Shown in pieces: positions 25,789 through 35,380 of a stretch of DNA of 64,000 nucleotides. A model generated the notes under the pieces. It did not search any database. It was not told the DNA's origin and saw only the letters and a list, made by a program, of their open reading frames with translations. The stretch spans positions 530,231 to 594,230 of the forward strand of contig JAXLTX010000002.1 of assembly GCA_046329775.1 (NCBI GenBank). The letters are read 5' to 3'. This stretch comes from Chitinophagales bacterium. GTDB taxonomy: Bacteria; Bacteroidota; Bacteroidia; Chitinophagales; JADIYW01. The translations under genes were made by a program, and so were the position numbers. How positions within the stretch are numbered: position 1 is the stretch's first letter; every line of letters starts with the position of its first letter.

Positions 25789-25810
25789 CGATTGGTGTCC
25801 TCACCAACCG
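25789..25810. repeat. Family-2 hairpin repeat between convergent genes (possible terminator)
   Basis: CGATTGGTG-TCCT-CACCAACCG. Its reverse complement, CGGTTGGTGAGGACACCAATCG, matches the half-site at 16032-16046. Confidence 0.7.
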
Positions 25811-25854
25811 AAAACGAATCTTAATTAAAACACCAAGTATATAAAAGTTAAATT

Positions 25855-26328
25855 TCAGAAAATCTCCTCCAAATCCTTCTCATACTCATATTGCAAATCC
25901 TCATGCAGGGTTTGCATGGCTTTTTTTATTTTCTTCAGTTGGCTGTTGTATAGATTCACCATGGCGGTACTTGTAGTGTAATCTATCTTTAATGCTTTTA
26001 ATAGTTTGCAAAAATGTACCAGCACCTGTATTTCCGTTTCCGCCTGTCCTGAATATTTGATGTACTTATTTGCCATGCGCAAAATACGGCGAATGCTTTT
26101 CTTGGCAAGAAACATCGTTGAAACATTAATTTCTGCAAACTCAGCAGTCATTTCTTTTTTTATGGAGCTGACATATTCCTGTTCATTTGTATTTTCAAAC
26201 AGCAAGTAATTCAGCAATTCCTTGTTTTCCTTTTTGTATTTCGCCATGCGGATACACAATTCCACCAGCGATTCCTGCGGAATGTGCTGTAATTCATGTT
26301 TGATGGCAGAAAGAGAAGCGGATTGCAT
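25855..26328 (-). CDS. Hypothetical protein
   Basis: 157-aa helical-looking ORF with no recognised motif. Confidence 0.55.
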   Translation of the reverse strand: MQSASLSAIKHELQHIPQESLVELCIRMAKYKKENKELLNYLLFENTNEQEYVSSIKKEMTAEFAEINVSTMFLAKKSIRRILRMANKYIKYSGQAETEIQVLVHFCKLLKALKIDYTTSTAMVNLYNSQLKKIKKAMQTLHEDLQYEYEKDLEEIF

Positions 26329-26423
26329 GAATCAATAGTTGGTTGTACATACAAAAATAGTGTTTATTGTTGACTGTCATTCCCGCTAATGTAAGAATAT
26401 CCTGAAAAACAGGTGTAAGATTT

Positions 26424-27299
26424 TTACAACTGAAAGACATTCGCATTCCTTACGCCGCCGGTGTGTACGGCAATGATGGTCGTATTTTCAGGAAAATGGT
26501 TTTTCGAAATCAAATCAAAGATACCATACATCAGTTTTCCGGTATACACGTAATCCAGCAGAACCTGATGCTCTTTGTAGAAGTCTTTAATGAATTGCAT
26601 CAATTCTGGAGTCGTTTTGGCGTAACCGCCAAACGGGTAGTTCTGAATGCTGAGTTTTGGATTATGGATAGAAAAATTTCCTGAGATATCTTCCAACAAA
26701 TTATCATGTTTTAAAACAGCAAAACCAAGTGCCTGTTGATATGCTTTAAGATTCGTTGAAATCCCTGCAATGGTGGTTCCGGTGCCACAGGCGCAGCAGA
26801 TATAATCAAAGTCGCTATCAATCTCATCAACGATTTCAGCACAGCCTTTCAGCGCTAATTCGTTTGCTCCACCTTCGGGAATTATATAGACGGCATCAAG
26901 ATCCAGGGACAAGGCATACATGCATTTCTGTTTGTCTCTATACGATTCTCTGTTTACATAAATAAATTCCATCCCGCAATCTTTAGCAAACTGCAATGAC
27001 TTATTCAAAGGGTTATATTCTTCCCCCCTGATGATGCCGATGGTTTTGAAGCCCAGGTATTTTCCGGCTGCAGCCGTTGCGGTGATGTGATTGGAGAAAG
27101 CACCACCAAAGGTCAGCAGCGTAGTTTTATGTTCCAGTTTTGCCTGTGCAATGTTATATTTCAGTTTGCGCCATTTGTTGCCGGGAATATCGGGATGAAT
27201 GAGATCATCACGTTTCATGAACAAATTGATGTTAAACCGGCGGGTAAGTTCATTAGAAATTTTATCTAATCTTGTAGGAAGATTGAATATCTCTGCCAT
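26424..27299 (-). CDS. PLP-dependent ACC deaminase / D-cysteine desulfhydrase family protein
   Basis: GNKWRKLKYN lysine motif and TFGGAFSNH, typical of this family. Confidence 0.8.
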   Translation of the reverse strand: MAEIFNLPTRLDKISNELTRRFNINLFMKRDDLIHPDIPGNKWRKLKYNIAQAKLEHKTTLLTFGGAFSNHITATAAAGKYLGFKTIGIIRGEEYNPLNKSLQFAKDCGMEFIYVNRESYRDKQKCMYALSLDLDAVYIIPEGGANELALKGCAEIVDEIDSDFDYICCACGTGTTIAGISTNLKAYQQALGFAVLKHDNLLEDISGNFSIHNPKLSIQNYPFGGYAKTTPELMQFIKDFYKEHQVLLDYVYTGKLMYGIFDLISKNHFPENTTIIAVHTGGVRNANVFQL

Positions 27300-27301
27300 G
27301 T

Positions 27302-28321
27302 CTATTCGAAGATTCTGTTGTGAATCAAGGAAAAATACTTGTGAAAATCCGCTGAGGTGAAATCCGGTTCAATGGCTTTAAAGGTTACACCTATTTTATC
27401 GGCATATACTTTGCTATAAAACGGAAACATCTTTTCAGGTTCCGAACTCGTAAAATCACCGCGCCCCCATTTCGTGATAAAGAAATCCAGCGTATCACCT
27501 TTTCCTTGCTGCACGAAATACCGTCCCTGACTGAACCAGACCAACGTTTCCGCTGCAAAGCTTTTTTCTATGGGCTTCAGTAATTCCGTATGGCGTTTAA
27601 TGGCAACAATATCCACTTTTTTACTTTGTTGAAAAACAGAGTATTCGCCAAGATACAAGGTGGAGTCATCATAGGCTACCATATTCCATAGCCAGGACGT
27701 AAACATGGTAGGCGTACTGGTGAGATCATCCACTTGAATGTGCTGTTCTTTCAGATTTTGCTTAAAGACCGCCGCTGAGCTGAATTTATTTACCGTTGCA
27801 GTTCCCACATAGAGCAAGCTTATGACCAAAGCGGCTGCAGCCAATTTTCTCCGGCTGTCATTTTCTTTCTTAAAAAACCAGACGGTCATAAAAAATAGCA
27901 ATGGAGCAATCGTAAACAGGGGATCCACGACCGCCAGGTTGTTCCAACTGACGAGTTGATTATTGAACGGGAGCAGCATCTGCGTTCCGTAAGCCGTACC
28001 GCCATCCATCAGCACATGGGTGATAAAACCGCTTAGAAAAACGAAGTAACAAAGTGTCCATGGAATCTTCTTCCTGAAAATATTATACAAAAGAAACGCC
28101 AATGGCAGAGCAATGAACGGATGAAAGAAAAAGGCATGGGTAAAACCGCGATGCATGTGCATGGCCTCCGCCGGTGTTCCTGCAAAGCGTGTAAAAAACA
28201 CATCCAGATCAGGAATGGTATTGGCTGCCGCGCCAACAATGATTGCCTTATTCCCTATTTTTTTTCCTAAGGTCAATTCGCCGAGTGCAGCACCGACAAC
28301 GATATGTGTAAGTGAATCCAA
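27302..28321 (-). CDS. Membrane-bound metal-dependent hydrolase (YdjM/DUF457-like)
   Basis: MDSLTHIVVGAALGE N-terminus, multiple TM helices, His-rich motifs (HMHRGFTHAFFFH). Confidence 0.7.
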   Translation of the reverse strand: MDSLTHIVVGAALGELTLGKKIGNKAIIVGAAANTIPDLDVFFTRFAGTPAEAMHMHRGFTHAFFFHPFIALPLAFLLYNIFRKKIPWTLCYFVFLSGFITHVLMDGGTAYGTQMLLPFNNQLVSWNNLAVVDPLFTIAPLLFFMTVWFFKKENDSRRKLAAAALVISLLYVGTATVNKFSSAAVFKQNLKEQHIQVDDLTSTPTMFTSWLWNMVAYDDSTLYLGEYSVFQQSKKVDIVAIKRHTELLKPIEKSFAAETLVWFSQGRYFVQQGKGDTLDFFITKWGRGDFTSSEPEKMFPFYSKVYADKIGVTFKAIEPDFTSADFHKYFSLIHNRIFE

Positions 28322-28387
28322 ATCGTTTTTTTAATCATTTAAGTAATTCAGCAAGATTCCTATCTGTGTTCGGAATGACAAACGGCA

Positions 28388-30973
28388 TTAAAACAACTCT
28401 CCCTGTTCCGGTTCTTTTTTATCGTCCAGGTTCGTAATCTCAAAGTCCACATCAAAATTCACCTTCTGTTCTTCTTCCTCATCGTGAGGCGCTTCCACCA
28501 GCTTCATTTCCTTGATGGAACCGCCACTCAATTTATTACCGATGGCTTTCCAGCCTTTCACTTCAATAAATTCAGACAGGTTGACGGATTCAGGTTCACT
28601 CACTTTTCCTTTACCCAAATCCATGGTGTACTCTACCGTAGGATTGGAGAACAAGGTGGCAAACACCAGTTTAGCATTGTTTTCATCTGAGATGAAGCTG
28701 TTCTTGGTATCAATGGTGGTGGTTTCTATATGGAAACGTTTTACATAATTGCATTTCTTAGCGTCAGAATAGTGAACGGCAGAAACGACGGTGGTGGGAT
28801 AAAGCTTATCTATCGCCACAATATCATTCATGGCATAGCGGTTCGACAAATCGAAGTTCGTCAGGTAATACTCGCCGGATTTCAGGACGACCAAGATTCT
28901 GTCTTCATTCTGGAATGAACCCAGGTAACGTCCGCGCTTGTCTATATTCAAACGGCCAACCGTATCATCCAGCCAGATTTCCACGCCACCTAAAGTCGTT
29001 CTTCCCTTTCCTTTCTGCTCTATTTTTTTCACCGGATATTTCGTCACGATGTTTCCATTGGCACTTCTGCCTTTGATATCCAGATTATAGAAATCAAATT
29101 CAAACACCTTGTTGCGCGCGCTGCAGGCCGGCGACAAGACCACACTGCAACTCTCCGCCTCGCCATTCGGATTGACGGAAAAATATAAAATCTTGGATTT
29201 CGGATTGCCCTGCGTTATGGGATATTCCTTGTCACGCGTAATGGATGTTACGTTAAAACGTTTCGCATAACTCGTTCCGCTTTTACCATCGAGGTAAACA
29301 CAATTGTAGGTCGTACGCTCATCGTTTTTCTTCCATACCGCCACATGTATGATGTCTTTTCCTACAAACACCTTTTCGGAGTTGCGCACCACCTTCATGG
29401 TACCATCTTTCATGAAGGCGATGATATCGTCTATATCCGAACACTCGGAGATAAACTCTTCTTTCTTCAAGTCCTTACCAAAGCCTATGAAACCTTCCGC
29501 ACGGTTGACGTATAATTTTTCGTTGTTGGCGGCCACCGTCTTGATCTCCACCACATCAAAGAGGGCGATTTCCGTTTTCCGTTCTTTGCCTTTGCCATAC
29601 TTTTTGAGCAGATCTTCGAAATACTTGATGGCAAACTTTGTAAGCGACTTCAGATTTTTCTTTGTCTCTTCCATCTCATCTTCCAGTCCTCTGATATATT
29701 CATCGGCTTTCTTCTTATCGAATTTGGAGATGCGTTTGATTTTTATTTCCGTCAGGCGAACGATATCCTCTTCCGACACCTCGCGCATCAGTAGTTTCTT
29801 AAACGGAGCCAGCCCCTTATCAATGGCGACAATCACACCCTCCCAGGTTTCCTCTTCTTCAATATCACGATAGATTTTATTTTCGATGAATATCTTTTCC
29901 AATGAAGAGAAATGCCACTTATCTTCCAGTTCACTCAGCAATATTTCCAGTTCCCTTTTCAACAAGTGCACCGTAGTATCCGTTGACAGACGAAGCGCAT
30001 CGGAAGCTCCGATAAAATGTGGTTTATCACCAATTATCACACAGGTATTCGGAGAAACGGACAATTCGCAATCTGAAAAAGCATACAAGGCATCTACAGT
30101 AACACTCGGCGACACCTGGGGTTGCAGTTCAATTAAAATCTCAACCTCTTTAGCGGTATTATCCACTACTTTTTTGATTTTAATTTTCCCTTTTTCATTC
30201 GCTTTCAGGATGGAGTCAATCAGATCAGATGTAGTGGTGCCAAATGGTATTTCCGTAATCTTCAGGGTTTTCTTGTCTACGATTTCAATTTTAGCACGCA
30301 CGCGGATACGTCCGCCACGCTTACCGTCATTGTATTCACGCACATCGACCAGACCTCCGGTTAAAAAATCGGGAAATAATTCAAAGGGTTCTTTACGTAA
30401 ATACTTGATGGAAGCATCAATCAGTTCGCAGAAATTGTGTGGCATCACTTTCGTTGACAAACCAACAGCGATACCTTCTGCCCCCTGCGCCAACAACAAG
30501 GGAAACTTAACAGGTAACTGAGCAGGTTCACGTTTCCTTCCATCGTAGGATAGCTGCCAATCGGTGATATCTTCATTAAACACGACATCCAATGCAAACT
30601 TGGACAAACGTGCCTCAATGTAACGTGCAGCTGCGGCATTATCGCCTGTTCGTATATCTCCCCAGTTGCCCTGACAGTCGATCAGCAAATCCTTCTGACC
30701 AATGTTGACGATGGCATCGTTGATGCTGGCGTCCCCGTGCGGGTGATATTGCATGGTGCTACCCACGATATTTGCCACCTTGTTGTAGCGACCGTCATCC
30801 ATTTCCTTCATGGCATGCAGGATACGACGCTGCACAGGCTTGAAGCCATCGTATAGCGCCGGGACCGCGCGTTCCAGGATTACGTAGGAGGCATAATCCA
30901 AAAACCAGTTTTCGTATAAGCCGTCAATCGTGGTGATGTGGCTGTCCTGTTCGTTATATTCTTCTGTTGACAT
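28388..30973 (-). CDS. parC: DNA topoisomerase IV subunit A (GyrA/ParC family)
   Basis: DGFKPVQRRILHAM, and the active-site Tyr context AAARYIEARL. About 860 aa, immediately downstream of a ParE-sized subunit B gene. Confidence 0.88.
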   Translation of the reverse strand: MSTEEYNEQDSHITTIDGLYENWFLDYASYVILERAVPALYDGFKPVQRRILHAMKEMDDGRYNKVANIVGSTMQYHPHGDASINDAIVNIGQKDLLIDCQGNWGDIRTGDNAAAARYIEARLSKFALDVVFNEDITDWQLSYDGRKREPAQLPVKFPLLLAQGAEGIAVGLSTKVMPHNFCELIDASIKYLRKEPFELFPDFLTGGLVDVREYNDGKRGGRIRVRAKIEIVDKKTLKITEIPFGTTTSDLIDSILKANEKGKIKIKKVVDNTAKEVEILIELQPQVSPSVTVDALYAFSDCELSVSPNTCVIIGDKPHFIGASDALRLSTDTTVHLLKRELEILLSELEDKWHFSSLEKIFIENKIYRDIEEEETWEGVIVAIDKGLAPFKKLLMREVSEEDIVRLTEIKIKRISKFDKKKADEYIRGLEDEMEETKKNLKSLTKFAIKYFEDLLKKYGKGKERKTEIALFDVVEIKTVAANNEKLYVNRAEGFIGFGKDLKKEEFISECSDIDDIIAFMKDGTMKVVRNSEKVFVGKDIIHVAVWKKNDERTTYNCVYLDGKSGTSYAKRFNVTSITRDKEYPITQGNPKSKILYFSVNPNGEAESCSVVLSPACSARNKVFEFDFYNLDIKGRSANGNIVTKYPVKKIEQKGKGRTTLGGVEIWLDDTVGRLNIDKRGRYLGSFQNEDRILVVLKSGEYYLTNFDLSNRYAMNDIVAIDKLYPTTVVSAVHYSDAKKCNYVKRFHIETTTIDTKNSFISDENNAKLVFATLFSNPTVEYTMDLGKGKVSEPESVNLSEFIEVKGWKAIGNKLSGGSIKEMKLVEAPHDEEEEQKVNFDVDFEITNLDDKKEPEQGELF

Positions 30974-31003
30974 TGCTTCTATCCTTTTCTTTACAAACTA
31001 ATT

Positions 31004-32866
31004 TCAATTTTCAATCACGTCCTCCATCACTTCGTCTTTCTCTATCTTCAGGTTGTTGATGATGAAGGTCTGACGATCCGGAGTGTTTTTTCCCATATAA
31101 TATTCCAGCAACTGTTCTATGCTCTGATTGCTTTTAAGCAATACCGGCTCCAGTCTTATATCCTGTCCTATGAATTGTCCGAACTCGCTCGGTGATATTT
31201 CACCCAAACCTTTGAATCGGGTAATCTCGGGTTTTCCTCTGAGCTTTTCTATCGCCTTTAATTTTTCCTGTTCAGAATAGCAGTAGATGGTTTCCTTTTT
31301 ATCCCTGACACGAAACAAAGGGGTATTCAGCACATATAAATGTCCTTTCTTGACGAGGTCCGGGAAAAACTGCAGGAAAAAGGTCATCAGCAACAAACGG
31401 ATATGCATTCCGTCCACATCGGCATCGGTGGCAATCACCACATTGTTATATCGAAGATTGTCCACATCCTCTTCTATATCCAATGCATGCTGCAGCAGGT
31501 TGAATTCTTCGTTCTGATAGACAATCTTTTTTGTCAGGCCGTAGCAGTTCAACGGCTTGCCGCGCAAGGAAAAAACCGCCTGTGTCTGCGGATTGCGCGC
31601 TTTGGTAATGGAACCGGAAGCCGAATCCCCTTCCGTAATAAACAAGGTGGTTTCAGCATGCAGTTCATTTTTCTCATCTGTATAATGTACCCGGCAATCA
31701 CGCAATTTCTTATTGTGCAGGTTGGCGGATTTGGCACGCTCATTGGCCAGTTTCCGGATGCCGGATAAATCCTTGCGTTCACGCTCCGACTGTTGGATAC
31801 GTTTCAACAACGCTTCAGCTATCGTTTGGTTTTTGTGCAAGAAAGAATCCAGTTTGTCCTTTACAAAATCATTTACAAAGGATTTTAAACTCGGACCGTT
31901 CTCCCACATATTTTGTGAGCCTAATTTGGTTTTGGTTTGCGATTCGAATACCGGCTCCTGCACGCGCACGGAGATGGCACCCACGATTGCCTGACGAATA
32001 TCCGATGCTTCAAACTGTTTTTTATAAAACTCACGAACCGTTTTGACAATCGCTTCTTTGAAAGCGGCGAGATGTGTTCCGCCCTGTGTGGTATATTGCC
32101 CGTTGACGAATGAATAATATTCTTCACCGTATTGATTGTTGTGTGTCAATGCGATTTCTATATCCGTGTCTTTTAAGTGGATAATCGGATAGCGCAATTC
32201 CGCTTCATTGGTTTTCTTGTTCAGCAAATCCTTTAAGCCTTCTTTGGAGACGAATTTGTTTCCATTGAAATGAATGGTCAGACCGGCATTGAGGTAGGCA
32301 TAATTCCACAACTGTTCCTCGATGAATTCGGCAACGAAATGAAAGTTCTTGAAGATGGAATTATCTGCCTGAAACTGGAATTTCGTACCGTTTCGTTCAG
32401 TGGTTTTGGCAATCTTATGATCGTGTACCAATTCCCCCTTGTCAAACTCAGCCACCTTGGTTTCACCTTCGCGGAAAGATTCCACTTTAAAGTAGGTGGA
32501 AAGCGCATTCACTGCCTTGGTACCTACCCCGTTTAAGCCTACAGATTTTTGAAACGCACGTGAATCATATTTACCGCCGGTATTTATTTTGGAGACGCAA
32601 TCGATGACAGCCCCCAGCGGAATACCGCGACCGTAATCGCGCACAGTCACCACTTTATCTTTGATGGAAATATCGATTTGCTTTCCATGCCCCATCACAA
32701 ACTCATCGATGGAGTTATCGATGATTTCCTTGAGCAATACGTAAATCCCGTCATCCGGTGCAGAACCGTCTCCTAATTTCCCGATATACATTCCGGGACG
32801 AAGGCGGATGTGTTCTTTCCAATCAAGTGAACGGATGTTTTCTTCGGTATATTGAACTTCAGCCAT
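31004..32866 (-). CDS. parE: DNA topoisomerase IV subunit B (GyrB/ParE family)
   Basis: GHKL ATPase motifs ([15 protein letters not shown]) and the TOPRIM domain ([16 protein letters not shown]). The 620-aa size fits ParE rather than GyrB. Confidence 0.88.
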   Translation of the reverse strand: MAEVQYTEENIRSLDWKEHIRLRPGMYIGKLGDGSAPDDGIYVLLKEIIDNSIDEFVMGHGKQIDISIKDKVVTVRDYGRGIPLGAVIDCVSKINTGGKYDSRAFQKSVGLNGVGTKAVNALSTYFKVESFREGETKVAEFDKGELVHDHKIAKTTERNGTKFQFQADNSIFKNFHFVAEFIEEQLWNYAYLNAGLTIHFNGNKFVSKEGLKDLLNKKTNEAELRYPIIHLKDTDIEIALTHNNQYGEEYYSFVNGQYTTQGGTHLAAFKEAIVKTVREFYKKQFEASDIRQAIVGAISVRVQEPVFESQTKTKLGSQNMWENGPSLKSFVNDFVKDKLDSFLHKNQTIAEALLKRIQQSERERKDLSGIRKLANERAKSANLHNKKLRDCRVHYTDEKNELHAETTLFITEGDSASGSITKARNPQTQAVFSLRGKPLNCYGLTKKIVYQNEEFNLLQHALDIEEDVDNLRYNNVVIATDADVDGMHIRLLLMTFFLQFFPDLVKKGHLYVLNTPLFRVRDKKETIYCYSEQEKLKAIEKLRGKPEITRFKGLGEISPSEFGQFIGQDIRLEPVLLKSNQSIEQLLEYYMGKNTPDRQTFIINNLKIEKDEVMEDVIEN

Positions 32867-32930
32867 AATTTAAGTCGTAAGTCGTGAGTAATGTGTCGTA
32901 AGTTCCTATAAACGGTTCTCAGCCAACAAG

Positions 32931-32938
32931 CAAATGTA
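32931..32938 (-). promoter_or_regulatory. Candidate -7 box (TAnnTTTG) for parE-parC
   Basis: The minus strand reads TACATTTG, 65 nt upstream of the parE ATG. Confidence 0.35.
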
Positions 32939-33005
32939 TTATTATAGTAATGGAAAAACGGGTAAATTTTTCCACATGGTTGAATAAGAAATAAGTGACT
33001 GAATG

Positions 33006-33665
33006 CTACTTGATTGTATACAAATAACCAAGGGAAAGGTTGAAATTACAGTTATACATTTTAGGCAGACCGGCATTCTTTTTAGTGGTGCTCAGCAGTC
33101 CGAGATTATGTCTTGCAGCGACCTCTATCCAGCCTTTACCCACTCTGATATTTGCACCGGCACCGGTTACAAGTCCCATATCGAAACGCATGTCCTTGCC
33201 GCTAAAGATATATTTTTCTGTGCTGGAATTTTTTGATTGCTTATCAACGGATGTTGCATGCTGAGTGTAGCCTCCTGCCCAGTATGAAAAATACGGACCG
33301 AAGTAAAAAACGCCCTTTACGTTCTCATTTCCCACCTTGGCAACGGCGAGTACCGGAAACTGAATGTAATTCAACATCATTTTAGAAACATATCTGGCGG
33401 AATCAGCTGAGCGCTTCCACGCCTGCCCTTTCTGAGAAAACTCCACTTCTGTCTGCAATCCAATGTATCTATTGAAATCAATACGTAGTACGGCAGCCAA
33501 ATCAGACCCCAGCACCACCCGTTTCCTGTAGGTATCCGGTGGTGTGAATTTTCTGAGATGTGCTATATTGAATCCTGCCCTTGCACCAACGGAAACGCCT
33601 ACTTCTGCGTTGGCAGAACACAGCATCATCAGCAATATGAAGAGCACACTTATGGAACGATACAT
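33006..33665 (-). CDS. Outer-membrane beta-barrel (porin-family) protein
   Basis: Signal peptide, alternating beta-strand pattern, and a C-terminal ...LSLGYLYTIK ending. Confidence 0.7.
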   Translation of the reverse strand: MYRSISVLFILLMMLCSANAEVGVSVGARAGFNIAHLRKFTPPDTYRKRVVLGSDLAAVLRIDFNRYIGLQTEVEFSQKGQAWKRSADSARYVSKMMLNYIQFPVLAVAKVGNENVKGVFYFGPYFSYWAGGYTQHATSVDKQSKNSSTEKYIFSGKDMRFDMGLVTGAGANIRVGKGWIEVAARHNLGLLSTTKKNAGLPKMYNCNFNLSLGYLYTIK

Positions 33666-33771
33666 AACAGAATTTGTGACAAATATACCGTAGTTTTTTC
33701 AAGAATAGTTCAAATTTGTTAAACTATACTTAAAATTTTCAGCAATCTGACCTGAGTATTACAAAAGGCAT

Positions 33772-33779
33772 TACATTTG
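33772..33779 (+). promoter_or_regulatory. Candidate -7 box (TAnnTTTG)
   Basis: TACATTTG lies 24 nt upstream of the ATG at 33804. Confidence 0.4.
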
Positions 33780-33803
33780 TTACTGTAATCTAAAAAAACG
33801 AAC

Positions 33804-34460
33804 ATGAAAAAATTATTTTTAGCACTATCAATGATGGCAGGTACTTATGGAGTATTTGCACAGGAAACAGTTCCGGCTGCGGTAGCTCCGGATCCAAATG
33901 CACCGACAATGACATTTACAAAAGATGCCATTGACTACGGTACCATTAAACAAGATGCTGACGGCAACAGAACATTCACATTTGTAAACGATGGAAAAAC
34001 ACCTTTAATCATCAGCGAAGCGCACGGTTCTTGCGGCTGTACAGTTCCAACATATCCGAAAGAGCCCATCATGCCGGGACAAAAAGCGGATATCAAAGTA
34101 CACTATGACACTCACAGAGTTGGACCTTTCTCCAAAAGCGTAACCGTAAACTCTAATGCTAAAAACTCACCGGTAGTATTAAAAATCAGTGGAACCGTAG
34201 AAGCTGCGGAAGTGGTACCTACTGCAACTGAGCCAAGTTCTATCATCCCTACAACCGCTCCTGCTCCTGCAGCGGTAACGGCAGCACCTGCAACGGTAAA
34301 ACCGGCAGTAACGTCTACCGTTAAGAAAACAACTTCCACTACAGTCAAGAAAACAACCACTCCTGTAAAAAAAACAACGACAACTGTAAAGAAAACTACT
34401 ACGTCTACACCAGTTAAGAAAACAACGACCACAACAACTGCAAAGAAAACAACTAAATAA
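33804..34460 (+). CDS. DUF1573 domain protein with Thr/Lys-rich repetitive tail
   Basis: Signal peptide. DUF1573-like core (FTFVNDGKTPLIISEAHGSCGCTVP). The C-terminus has VKKTT(T/S) repeated about 6 times. Confidence 0.75.
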   Translation: MKKLFLALSMMAGTYGVFAQETVPAAVAPDPNAPTMTFTKDAIDYGTIKQDADGNRTFTFVNDGKTPLIISEAHGSCGCTVPTYPKEPIMPGQKADIKVHYDTHRVGPFSKSVTVNSNAKNSPVVLKISGTVEAAEVVPTATEPSSIIPTTAPAPAAVTAAPATVKPAVTSTVKKTTSTTVKKTTTPVKKTTTTVKKTTTSTPVKKTTTTTTAKKTTK

Positions 34461-34477
34461 ATAACCTTGTTAAGCAA

Positions 34478-34510
34478 TAAAAAAGTCCTGATTTTCATCA
34501 GGACTTTTTT
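34478..34510. terminator. Bidirectional rho-independent terminator
   Basis: AGTCCTGAT pairs with ATCAGGACT across a 4-nt loop, with an A-run on the 5' side and a T-run on the 3' side. It sits between convergent genes. Confidence 0.8.
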
Positions 34511-34511
34511 A

Positions 34512-35249
34512 TTATCTCGTCAGGATAACATATTCACTGATAATTTCCCGCAAGAAATTCATATCATCCATTTTCGCTCCCTCTATTCCCAGTTGTTCTT
34601 TCAGCGTATTAACGGTTTTATGCAAGATGTCATAATAGGTATTATTCGGATATTGCTGACAACGAATCAAGAGGTTTTTCAATGCAAGCATTTCTTCATC
34701 GGTATATCGCACAACTTCAGGATACTTTGGTATAAAATCCTCCTTATCCGGCAGATTTTGTAAATCATCCAGCGTGACGATTCTATCCGGTTTCAGTTTT
34801 ACCACCGTCGTGTTGGCAATCATATCACCCAGTCGCTGATTTTTTTCACTCATCAGGATGGCAATGCTACCCACCGAAAAGAAAGACATGCCGAAATCTA
34901 CAGCCCGGTAAGCCCATCTGACCAGATAGTCGCTCGTTTCCAGAGCATTCCCGTTCAGTTTTATCACCGTAATGCCCACAATCTTCTTCCCGATACTCTG
35001 ACCATTGGTAAACATCTCTATAACCAGTGAGTAAAAATATTTCAGCGTCATCAGTACGGCGACCAGCAGATACATCTGGAGGTCAGAATCGAATACGGCA
35101 CCGAAAGAGATGGCCAAATAGATAATGATAAAGAAAACGATTCCGATGATGGTCGTATCTATCAACCAGGCTATGAACCGCCACAAAAATCCGGCTGTTT
35201 CATATTGTATGGTGACATTTTGCGTTGTAGTTACATCTATTTTTGCCAT
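34512..35249 (-). CDS. RDD family membrane protein
   Basis: The start was chosen at MAKIDVTT. RDD-type pattern (RFIAWLIDT..., GQSIGKKIVGITVI, QRLGDMIANTTVV). Confidence 0.75.
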   Translation of the reverse strand: MAKIDVTTTQNVTIQYETAGFLWRFIAWLIDTTIIGIVFFIIIYLAISFGAVFDSDLQMYLLVAVLMTLKYFYSLVIEMFTNGQSIGKKIVGITVIKLNGNALETSDYLVRWAYRAVDFGMSFFSVGSIAILMSEKNQRLGDMIANTTVVKLKPDRIVTLDDLQNLPDKEDFIPKYPEVVRYTDEEMLALKNLLIRCQQYPNNTYYDILHKTVNTLKEQLGIEGAKMDDMNFLREIISEYVILTR

Positions 35250-35380
35250 GCCTAAATATAGTAAAAAGTAACAAGTGTAGCATAATCTGTCAAATGGAAC
35301 CTCATAAAAAAACGAAATGCGCTGCAAAATCTTCTCAATAAAAAAAAACGATTGAATAATTTTATTATTTTAGACTGCGA

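Noticed and set aside
29349-30521. Long antisense ORFs inside parC (29349..29873, 29886..30521), with similar ones inside ALDH, smc, parE, the S8 protease and the DUF1573 tail (34112..34498)
   Set aside because: They lie entirely within strongly supported genes on the opposite strand. They have low-complexity Ser/Phe/Leu-rich composition and no motifs, which is typical of shadow ORFs.
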